This document shows positions 49,501 through 60,191 of a stretch of DNA of 64,000 bases, piece by piece. The notes beneath the pieces were generated by a model, which was not told the DNA's origin, did no database searches, and saw only the letters and a list, made by a program, of their open reading frames with translations. The stretch comes from Paraphysomonas bandaiensis (taxonomy: Eukaryota > Protista > Chrysophyceae). Numbering within the stretch: the stretch's first letter is position 1; every line of letters begins with the position of its first letter. The stretch covers positions 35,221-99,220 of the forward strand of contig CBFFRP010000369.1 in NCBI GenBank assembly GCA_965644295.1, read 5' to 3'. A program made the position numbers and the translations under genes.

Positions 49501-51585
49501 ACTTCGCCAGTCGCAATGTCCACCATTTCCACTGCCTTGGCGCCTGGACCACTGCTCTTTTGACCAACTGTGGCTTTAGGTTTCTTCTTGACTTGAGTAC
49601 AAACGGATTCTTGATCTACATTGGCCGCACCAACCAGCTGGTGATGACACGAGACAACTTTAGTTTGGGGCACTGAATTATTGGCAACAGTAACATCATT
49701 CTGTGGAGCATATCTGTCGCAGTAAAAATATTGACGTAAGTTGGCGTAGTTATATATAGCATCTTCATCGCACATTCGTGTATAAGAAATCAAACATAGT
49801 TTTAGCTATCAGTTTCGCGTATTTCATAGAATTATACATGATTGTACCTCCACATGAATCCACCCGCAGAATGAGATATTCCTTTGCAGCACTTAGTTAT
49901 CGAGGATGCTCTAGCTCCAGTGGCCTTCGAAGCCACAACGTTCGATGGATACGTGGTGATTACTTTTCCTGTGGAGAAATCAAGCCGTTGTACGGCTTTC
50001 CCCTTCACTTCAGCGGAGCCCACTTGACTATCAGCCGTTTCCATTTCATGTACAAAAGGTTCTTCCACATCAAAATCCCTGTAGTAGTAACTCGGATCTG
50101 CCTGATCGCTTATATCATCAGTTGATGCGTTTTTAAACTTCCACTTGAATCCACCACATGCTTTGTTTGGATTATAACAGCAGGCAGAAATGCTCTTCCG
50201 GTCTTTGCATATTGCAGTAGCTGCTGCTGTCAACGAGGAATAGACCGCAACTACTTCACCCGTATTCATGTCGAGTTGCTCCACAGGTTTAGAGCACACT
50301 GCACCTACTACTGACTGACTTAGCTCACAAAAAATCATCCATTCTTGAACCTACCTGCAAAGCAATGACTGTTGTGATCACTGTTTCCCCTTTTCAGTTC
50401 ATCAGTGGTATGCTATATATACTGCATCAGGTAGACACGCAACCAAAGGCGCAGCTATACCTTCAACACGAAAAAACTCGATACTAGATTTCGTCCAAGT
50501 AGCATATCGGCAGTAAAGTACACGGAATGTATTCGGCGAGCGTTTTTGCCTTCTCTGTCTCCACATAGCATTGGCTGCAACAGAAAATACATACTGACCA
50601 TACGGCGAAAGGATATGTCTTCAACATTCTCTTCCGTAAGCGCAATGCGGGCAAGTTTTGATTTACATTCACCCCATATCAACAACAAATTGCTGCCGTA
50701 TTTGTGTTGAACCTGCAAAAATTGAGTAACCTCTCTTGATGTATACTGACTATCCAGTGAGTTTGCACAATGCTGCATAATTTTTTCCTTCCACTGAATA
50801 TACGTGGTACAGCTATGCCATATACGAAGTAAAAAGTCTTCATGAAGAATGAGTATTCTGCTCATGGGCATGCGACGGTGAGAATTTCCGTCATACAATA
50901 CCACTTGTTCTGAATTTAAAACTGCGATCACACACATGATCACCACCGAGCGTTTGCCAGTTTCGTTGTCACCTACTAGGACCACTCGTCCCGGTTTAAG
51001 GTATGTAAACGCATATAGATCCACTATTTCTCTCCATGAGTCAGAATCATCTAATTGCGGATGCATGCAGCCATCGTCATTGTCGTAATTCGCATTATCG
51101 TGGAGACGATTACTTTCAATCTCAGGAATGTGACTGACTTGATACGATTCACCAACTCTAACACCACGACTACACACTTTCCACGATAAAAACACATCCA
51201 CATCACTACAATCAGACGTAATCAGATCATCAGTACAAATATCTTCGTTGCTATAATTTTCCAACTCGTCTGTCCTTTCTGGCTTCCTGCAACTGGCACG
51301 GCGGTCCGAACTGGACTGCACTGAGTACTGCCTATAGCAGTCCATAAAATAATCAATCTCATTTTCATCCATATCTTCCGAATCGCCATCGTCGTGAACC
51401 ACATGCCACAGGGCATATCCATCATTCACACTCGCAGGCAAATAGGCAACTACAGTCCCGTTTACCTCCCCATGTCCACTGAATCGCTTTCTCACATGGC
51501 TACCAATACGCGACTCGTGATTAGCCGAGAATACCCAACCCTGTGATTTCATATCATCGTTAATGGCTTGTCGACTGGCAGACAT
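46502..51585 (-). CDS. Tudor-like/ELM2/SANT-like chromatin protein with a tandem array of NUMOD1 HTH modules; multi-exon; extreme 3' end frameshifted
   Basis: Tudor-like 'IGSHVRKRFSGHGEVNGTVVAY...WHVVHDDGDSEDM'; ELM2-like 'VRVGESYQVSHIP'; SANT-like 'YTSREVTQFLQVQHKYGSNL...MVSMYF'; seven NUMOD1-like units. Introns 50460-50413, 50354-50305 and three 134-nt introns keep the frame open to a stop at 47006. Confidence 0.72.
47489..50057. repeat. 881-bp tandem repeat, ~2.9 near-identical copies, inside a coding gene
   Basis: Identical anchors at 47489/48370/49251 and ORF stops at 48070/48951/49832; the copies differ by scattered SNPs. Confidence 0.97.
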
Positions 51586-52504
51586 ATCGATCTATAGATG
51601 TCTGTATATTATAAGTGATTTAATAATAAAATAGCCGCATCCCACTCATACTCTTACAGTTACCATACATAGTGTATCATACAGATCTGATAGCCAATTG
51701 TCTGACTCGTCAATACATGTGTGGGTTGCAATGCCTCTGCTATGACTCCACTATGAGGTTAGTATACAGTATACGTCATCGTTCCTAGTCATCGACTTCA
51801 TCCATCATCTATTGAAGCACCCACAATTCTCGTATCGAGCAACACTTCGTACCACTACTAACCATATATCGTACTCATATAAACTGTACTGCTGTATGTC
51901 TAGATGTACGTATAGCAGTACAGGTAGAGACAGTGTGCATAGGTATTGTACAGGAATCTATTGATACGCACGTGCGGTGGCTAAAAGATCAGAAGCAGTT
52001 AAAGAATCCTACTCATTGTCGAACCCAATACCACTGTTATGTGTAGTCGACCTACACCATCCAATGACAGGTATTAGGGTGTAGTGCTTATCACAATAGA
52101 TGGTCGGTCTATAATGTACTCTTCGCCTTTATAAATTATCCAACTCAGTTGCACGTCTTTGCAATACAGAGCAACCACGTTGCAGAAATGCAAGAACCAA
52201 CTGTGTGTGAAACCATGTGCAATCCAATCAAGCATCACTTCTATTCGAATGCCTATCATGTCAGGATTCTACTTGCAAAGACGGCTGCTTCGGTTCTTAT
52301 CTCCACCCTTTGTGGTGTTCTCTAACTGTATTGAAATCAACTTCTGTGTAATGAATTGTCTTAAAGTGTCTCCTGCTGCTGCTGTTTTTACTGTCCCTCT
52401 CTATCTCTCAATGATAGTGTGATGTAGTAATAAGAGACTAAGGGATTGAGAATAGTGACTTATATTACTAGCTACGAAATTTATATGAGATGTGCCCTAT
52501 ACAT

Positions 52505-53040
52505 GTTGCCCCATTCCGAGGGCGTGCCCTAGTAAAGTGCTAGTGTTGAATAAACTAAGCAATGTATAGATTGTTAATAAAATCCCGGCGTATTCTTTGC
52601 GTGTGGCACCAGACAAGCGTCAGCTAGATCTACACTGTACTTGCATGGTCAATACAAGAACGGAAGTGGTTGCACCTTGGTGCTTGCGGCGACGCACAAG
52701 CAGCTTCTGTAGCGTTAAATAGTAGGATAATGGAATTTGTACGGATTAGTTAAGGTTAGAGGTCTAACTAGCATGACTAGCATTCAACTAACCACTATAT
52801 TGGTACAGGTTTCTAACGCCTATTGCTAAATAAAAAGACGTTTAATATGGTCAATACATGATTACGAGAAATCCCGCGTACTCTTAGCGAAGGTGAACAC
52901 GGGTAGGGCAGCAATAGAATCTGCAAGGATCTATGCGGTCAGCTACGTTGGTGGTAGAATCAGTGCAAAATCGCGGTGTTACATGTGGTGTACCAGCGAG
53001 TCTACAGCCTACACTATGGCCCCGCCCTTGGAATGGGGTA
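52505..53040. repeat. Unclassified interspersed repeat, copy 2, interrupted by a short LINE-3' element
   Basis: Colinear similarity to 9430-9930 on both sides of the 52657-52846 insert. Confidence 0.8.
52657..52846 (+). mobile_element. 190-bp LINE-3'-derived element, subfamily A, with 12-bp TSD
   Basis: TSD ATGGTCAATACA at 52645-56 and 52847-58; body matches the reverse complement of ~56778-56966; empty-site paralog near 9580-9590. Confidence 0.93.
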
Positions 53041-53550
53041 CATGTACTGTGCTCAAACTCGCGGGCATGTTCACTAGTGTATGCACCAGACTAACCAGAG
53101 TGGCAACACTTATTTTCAGCACATTTCGCAATTACTCCAGGGAAACGAACGTTGCAAAAAATACGTTCAATTTCTGTGATTGCAACAGTTTCTAACGTTG
53201 ATAAAAGATAAAAGCACTTGCACTCAATGAATATTCGATGATCATACCAGCTAGACCCACAGCAATATCTCAATGTAATCAATATATAGAGGATATACAC
53301 CTCATATGACAGTTTATGACGAGTATATACGACTACATCGTAATTAAGGCACCAATCCGACATTACTTATTAACGAAGTAGATGTGTTGCAATTTACTCA
53401 CAAAATCTATATATTAGCTCACAAGGGAGTCCATTATGACCACTAAAGAGATAATACACGACAGCATAGTAGTTAACTAACAGTCCAGGTGAGTACACTA
53501 CTAGGCGTGCCTACTACAAAAGCCCTTAAAGTTTCAATACTCATCACAAC

Positions 53551-54827
53551 TTAAGGGTGCACAGCCAGGGCAAATCCCACTCTCTCGTTAGCAACATCGA
53601 ACACCGTGTAGTACTTGCGCATAAAGACATCACCCAAGATCCAGAGCGGTCCAGTGGGCTCAGGAATGTCCATAGCCATGAGTCCAAGGAGGCACAAGTC
53701 ACCATCAGGGATGAGATAGTCCTCGGGGGTAAGAGTGTACTCCTTGCCCGCAATAGTGAATACCATATCGGCGGCGTCGTAGTCACACTTCATCATGTAC
53801 TCGCCGGCAATAATCTCCTTAGCACCAAGCATTGAAGCAATCTTCGCAACCTCGTTAGAAGGTCCAGTAAGGATAGAGGTTCCTGAGTCGACAATTGCCT
53901 TGCTCTCGCCAGCACCGACGAAAGAAGATCCTTCCACCTAATTCACACATATCAGATACTACAAACATATCTGCATTTACTGCGGTGTACCTGGAGGTCA
54001 TCCAGAGTGATTTCCCAGTATGTGGCAGCCCTGAGTGGGACGTATGTGATTTCGCCCGTGTAGTGGGCAGGGTCCGTTCCACCAAGCAGAAGCTCTCCCT
54101 TATCCATACGAGAGTTTCCAAGGTAGAAAGAGAACTACATCAACAAATGCTCACTATCAATATTGAAGAAAGCATCAACAACATTCTTACCTCGGCGTTA
54201 TCAACGAGTCCCTGTGAGACGACGTTGTCAAAAGCGGTGGGGACGTTGTTTACAGACAACACACCGAAGGCCATTCCCAGAATGCCGTCGAATTTGCCAA
54301 GCTTATAAGCAGCGCCCAAACCAGAGGCATCAGTCACTTCTGCGAATTCCTGGTTCTCAACAATCAGACCACCGAAGTTGAGGGTGTCAAAAGACTCGTA
54401 GCCAGAGACAGGGCCAGATCCGTACATAATATTGAACTCAGTACCGTTGGCAACATATGTCGATGACTTGGAGGAGTCGTACTCAGCATGTCTTCCGCAA
54501 GAAGAATCGCAATTAGATGAAGCGACCCAGAGCTATAAAGTACTGTTAATTACCACTAAACACAGGATGCAACACACGTACATCAGCAGACCCTGTGTCG
54601 AAAATAACTTCAAAGCTCTGCTCTGGTGTACCCAAGTTGATCTCACCATAGTACTGAGAGTTCTCATAGTCATTGATGACAATGGACCCGTCATCAGATA
54701 GTTTAAAAGACGGCTTCTTGGAAATAACGCTCTGAACGAATTCGTGATTATCGCGCTTCTTCATAGGGACGCGAACCAGGGCAGTGGCCACCGAGATGGC
54801 ACCCATTAGGGAAAGAGCTTTGATCAT
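53551..54827 (-). CDS. Pepsin-family aspartic protease, cathepsin D-like; multi-exon
   Basis: Signal/propeptide; 'QYYGEINLGTP...VIFDTGS', 'YGSG', 'FDGILGMAF', 'AIVDSGTS', 'WILGDVFMRKYYTVFD...VGFA'. Confidence 0.96.
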
Positions 54828-54994
54828 ACTTAAAAAGTGGACAGTGTAATATTAATAATTGCTTATTAATAAATGTGTTACCAGTCTACTTATACACAGG
54901 TATGAGTCAGCACATGCTACATCTACACTATATAAATACATACATAATATACATATGAAAAAACCCGCTTACTAATCCATCCATTAAAAAACGT

Positions 54995-55110
54995 GTTCCA
55001 GATATTCGCCGTATCTTCAAACGACATATTTGTGGCTAAAATGGATACTATTTTCTGATAATACAATCAATCTATTCCAGATGTTTTGCATATCTTCAAA
55101 AGACATATTG
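54995..55110. promoter_or_regulatory. Duplicated ~35-bp motif in the protease/UPRT bidirectional promoter
   Basis: 'ttccagatattcgccgtatcttcaaacgacatatt' versus 'ttccagatgttttgcatatcttcaaaagacatatt'; regulatory role is inferred. Confidence 0.4.
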
Positions 55111-55235
55111 TATTTTCAGTATTTTATAGTTTTCATCGCCACACAACACAACTGCAGTTATTGATACTACGAACAATTGCAACAAATAGTCTGGAAGGTA
55201 TTTACTTGCAGCCAGTTTAAGAGAGTGTGTATAAA

Positions 55236-56090
55236 ATGAGTGAAAGCAATATTAACGTTGTTTCCCACCCTGTGATTGCCCACAAGCTCACATTGTTAAG
55301 GAACAAGGACACTAAGCCGCATGAATTTCGCCAACTATTGAAAGAGATTACCTTCTACCTTGGTTATGAGGTGAGCACAGATATGTGTCGATTAGCCCCT
55401 TGCTTATATCATTCCAGGCTACTAGAAATACGGCCACAGCATCGACTGATGTAAAGACCCCTCTGGGAGTTACATTTTCTGGAACTAAGATCGCTGAGAA
55501 GATTGCTGTGATTCCTATTCTTCGTGCTGGTACGGTATCTACTCTTGATACATACACGTCTAATATTGCATGTTACAGGCATAACAATGGCGGATGGTAT
55601 GCTCGACTTGATCCCTACTGCTGCTGTGCACCATATTGGTATGTTCCGATCGAAGATTTCTCACATGCCAGTGCAGTACTACAACCGCCTCCCACACGAC
55701 TCTCCTTGTGATGTGGCCTACGTTGTAGACCCCTGCATTGCTACCTCTAACACTATTCATGCCGTTGTTTCAATTCTGAAGAAATGGGGAGCTCGTCGTA
55801 TTGTAGTGATTGCCGCTGTGGGCTGCCGTGCCGGAGTCACCAAGTTAAGCAAAGATCACCCCGATATCTCCATTCACATCGGTGACCTCGACTCTGAGCT
55901 TAACGACGCTGGTATGATTGTTCCTGGAATTGGTGATGCAGGTGACCGTCAATTTGGTACTCCTTTTGAGGAGGAGCCGGATATTCTTCCCCTTGGAAAC
56001 ACAGATGAGCTCGCCGTGGATACCACTGGCAAACGCACGCGCTCTCAATCTGGCGATGCCTCGACCTCCAAGTCCCCCAAGAAGAAGTAA
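55236..56090 (+). CDS. upp: Uracil phosphoribosyltransferase (bacterial upp-like); 3 exons
   Basis: 'HPVIAHKLTLLRNKDT...FRQLLKEI', 'IPILRAG', 'VDPCIATSNT', 'IVPGIGDAGDRQFGT'. Confidence 0.93.
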
Positions 56091-57008
56091 ATGTATGGAA
56101 ATGTAATGCAATAATCTCCTTCTGTGGACATTAGAGATACACGTTGAATACCCCATTTTGGCGCTGGCTGCTTTCATTGTTTTTTGGTTGAGCGTAATAA
56201 TAACAACCCGTATCAATTTTTTGCAGACAATTATATATCTTGAGTGGAGTGGATTGATTATCTATTCTTATGCGTATTCTCTAGCTGACATATTCGAGCA
56301 TTGGTGAATTGCTATTGCCTTCATCATTGTAGTCATGTTTGTTCTTTAGCAATGTCGAAAGACAAAATCGATAATAGTTCTTAGTGTATGCACCTGAGTT
56401 CACTTGGGTGATGTAAAAAAGGCACGCCTCCTTCCCCCACCATTTTTAGTTAGATGTTCTTGCATATTTACGCAGTCAAAACCATTTCGCTTCAACTGTA
56501 AGTTCACGACATACTCCTAGACTCCTAGTACTTCTTTCACTGATGCAACGATATTACATACTTCATTCACAAACACATTTATGTGCTGCGCACTATTCAG
56601 TTAATTATTTCAACACTCATTCTTAAGGGGCGCGTCGCTGTAGAACCTCTATGTTGTTTTCTTCCAGCAAACTTTACCAATTTCGCTATCGTATGTAAAA
56701 CTTATAATTGCTAGTAGTCTATTTATTACTACTGTTGTTATATTACTACCAGATCCTCAGATTCCATATTGAATGTCTATTGAATGTCTTTTATTTAGCA
56801 ATAGGCGTTAAAAACCCGTTCCGATTTAGCGGCTAGTTGAATACTAGTCTACTAGTTAGACCTCTACCCATAACTAATCAGCGCAAATTCTATTATCCTA
56901 CTATTTAACGCTACAGAAGCTGCTTGTGCGTCGCCGCAAGCACCAAGGTGCAACCACTTCCGTTCTTGATGTTGTGTGTGAGTTCGCCCTGCTCGTGTGT
57001 CTGAGGAC

Positions 57009-59163
57009 TCACTGGCGCGTGTTGTCCGGGAGTCTCCCCTTGGGATACGGTTCCGCCTGACTCTGAGGTACCGGGTTCTGTATTAAGGTCCTGAGTGTAC
57101 CGAGCACTAGATGTGTGGACTGAGAGGTTGTTGGTGTGGTGGAATGTGGCGGTGTCGCCATGCACCGTTTGGGCGTTGGGCATAGGTGGAGTTGCCGGAG
57201 ACGTCGTCGCCTTTGTCTAGGGTCTGTTGGTTTCATACGGTCCGTTGCTATGGTCCTCTGTGTGTGGTTGGTAGGGTTCAGAGGTACGGTGGGCGGTGTT
57301 CCAGTCTCGGTTCGTTTGTGGATTCCTAGTAATCTTAGCACCCTTGGGCGTTTCCGTTTCTGTCTGTGGTTTGGACTCGGCCGCGGTAGTAGCCTTGGGG
57401 GGCCTTTCCGTAGGGTCACGTATCTTCTTCCGCGATCTTGGATCATGAGCTTTGCTGCAGCGAACAGCGGTAGCAGTAATTTGATGATCGCTGATTCGAT
57501 GCTGCGCAGTCCTTGGGATGTCAGTGATTCATGGATGTGATCTCCAAAAACCATTTCAAGCTGTGTCATTGTGATGGTACCCGTCCAGAATCTCTCCACC
57601 TGTGGCACGGAAGGGTTCCAGGCCCTGCTGGAGAGTCGCTGGAGTACAGTGGTGGTCCATTGGGGTAATTCCGGATTACTCATTTCTTCTAGGAGCGCGT
57701 TTTTGTGGCTGTGAAATGCAGACTCCCTTATCTGCGTTATGGTGTCGTTTGTGCAGTCTAGACACATATGCTTGAGTGAGTCTAGTCTAAATCCGCAGTC
57801 AGAGCATACGGCTTTAGCCATGTCGAGTCCGTGTTTGGTTTTCGCCCGGTTTCTTCCTATGCTGAAGGATTTGTCCCATGTCAGTGCTGCATTTAGTACT
57901 CTTTGGCGCAGGTGGGAGCTCACTTTGTCCTTTGATGGTCCACCATCTGCTTGCGCCAGTTTGCGCGGAAGTAGTGCTCCGCTGTCTTTCCAGTATCCAG
58001 GAGCCCGGTCGGGATTGTGACCGTAGCGTTGGTCTCGGAGAGCTGTATATGCCTCCAGCGTCCGTTGATTACGGAGGGATTGGAAATCCGTGAGCAGGGG
58101 GCTAGTGCGATACGGCCGTCGTTCCCCAGTTAGGCGCCAGTGCCATAAACCCTCGGTGAGTATTCTCTCGATGGCTTGGTCCACTTCCATGTTACAGACA
58201 GTGTAATTTTGTCGTCCGAGTAGTCGATCTACCTCAAGCCAGTCCCCTCCTGCTACTGCGTCGGCAATGTAAATTCCTTTGTCTTCATATGTCCATTCAG
58301 ACTCATCAGAGGTGCGTCGTTCGGGGTGTGATCGGACCCAGGCTACTGTCCTTGTGCAATCGTTATTTGCTGCGATGCTTTCGAGCAGTACACCTTTGGC
58401 ACGATGCCCCAGTGCCCGACGTCTGGCGGAGAGTGCTTCGTGTGTGCGTATGCAGACGGCCTTACAGTCCGTATTTATCGGTATGTGTGATGGGAGTCGC
58501 GCAGACAGTATAAGCGCCATTGCTGCTCCCATGAGCTCGTATGCATACGGGCCAAGTCCAGGCACTTCGCTGAAGGGTGTCTCTAATCGCAGTATTTTTG
58601 TTGTACCGTTCTTCCATTCATCCTCCGGGGGGAGCCAGACTGCCGCCGCTCCTCCATAATGTGCCCATCTCGTACGTGGGTTTACATGCGTAATGCGGCG
58701 CGGGGATAGGGCTGTAGGCGTGTATGAGCCGTCGGTGAAGATTGCCTGATATGTATCCGCGGTTACATCATCCAGTTCTAATGTGCGGATAATGTTGGTC
58801 AGGGTGTTGGTATCTTGAGGTTCCGGACTGTCGGGTTGTTGGAGAGTAAGGCCAACCTCCGTACCCCATTCCCGCAGACTTAAGGCAAAGTGGTGGTAGT
58901 TTGGGTACGGCGCGATAGTCTGTGTTAGGAGAAAGTGCGCTGCGTCACCGGCATCACCGCCTAGGATTATGGCGCGCTGTAGGGAGCCCCATTTTTGTTC
59001 TTGAGCGGAGTCTGAGAAGCGTTTCATTCCAAGTCCATTATGCCTGAGAGAGAGGTAGATCATTTCCGTGGGGTAACCAGGACTCAGGCTTAGTGCTTTC
59101 CTGTAAAGGTTTGCGCAAGTTGAATCGATGTTCTTGTAATATTGCAGGGGCCAAGAAGCCTTG
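57009..59163 (-). pseudogene. LINE ORF C-terminal part (RNase H and CCHC zinc finger)
   Basis: ORF 57009-59063 extends upstream as 'ASWPLQYYKNIDSTC...' to the insertion junction. Confidence 0.9.
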
Positions 59164-59499
59164 AAGTCGGTGTGATCATGAAACCTGGTAAAGTGATTTC
59201 ACCAGGTTTCATATATGGAAAAGTTTCATATAAGTGCTTATTTGAAGTCTGTATTAATATTAGTTATAACTTAGTTGTTGTATATATTATCAATTATATA
59301 TATTATTTTAAAAATATTTTACTAAAATACTGTATTATATTGTTACTTCTCATATAAATCTACTGTATTACTACTTATGAAAATCTCACATCAACGTAAC
59401 ACTACTATATATATATTATGCACAGACAACACATACACGAAGTAATAAAATGCAGACACAATATCCCTGAATTAATTACGCTTCACCGAAAACGATATT

Positions 59500-60134
59500 T
59501 TATTTGAAGTAATTCTGCAACACTAAGTTCTCGTACAAAATATTCTTCTTTTCCGCATCATGTAATCGATGCAGTCGATCAGTTTGATCTTGCACTGTAG
59601 ACATAAGCATAAAAGAATTTCGACCATCACTACAATGAACAGCTTGTTGAGGTGCAAGAGACACACCAGTATCATCACAAGCACCAAGAGAAGCAGTACG
59701 TGCCACAGGGATAGTAGGAGGTACAGGCGGTTCGGAAACACCAACAATAGATGCAGGCTGAGCAGAGGGATCGTGCTGTACAGGTGAGGGAGCCACTTCT
59801 CTGCTTGATACGATCTGCTTCATCTCGTCTCTCAACTCCATACACATAGCCTGGGACTCTTTCAGTTGTTGCATCAACTCTTTGACGACAGCATCCTGGT
59901 GAAGGGGAGGGGGTGGATGAGGAATACCCCCATCCTGGTGGGTGGGAGGGGATGCATGAGAAATACTTCTATCCTCAATCGTGATTACTTCGTCATCATG
60001 GTACTTCCCCTGCACAATAAAAGTCAAAAGTTAAATAAAATATCCAAAGCATAAAAGCAGACATTTCTTACGACTTTACTCCGCTTCGGTTTCTTAGAAG
60101 AGATCTTCTCGACCAGTTCCTGCGCCTTCTTCAT
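59500..60134 (-). CDS. Element-borne basic/Pro-rich/coiled-coil protein of unknown function; intron ~60071-60010
   Basis: 'MKKAQELVEKISSKKPKRSKV' splices (GTAAG...TGCAG) in frame into ORF 59500-60027; start uncertain. Confidence 0.5.
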
Positions 60135-60191
60135 GGCGCAGGCCTTCTTGCGCCGCCCACACACTTTTGGCACCACTATACTGTTGTCCGA

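Noticed and set aside
47489-50057. Repeat array as CRISPR or satellite, and the repeated + strand ORFs (47506, 48016, 48387, etc.)
   Set aside because: No short repeat-spacer structure; the units are exon+intron duplications of a minus-strand gene, and the + ORFs are antisense shadows.
51990-52440. ORFs 52074-52259 and 52159-52422
   Set aside because: No recognisable domain, splice context or repeat partner within the window.
52665-52740. Head motif as tRNA-derived SINE promoter, HDV-like or hammerhead ribozyme
   Set aside because: No convincing B box or cloverleaf, no HDV nested pseudoknot pairing and no CUGANGA/GAAA core could be fitted by eye.
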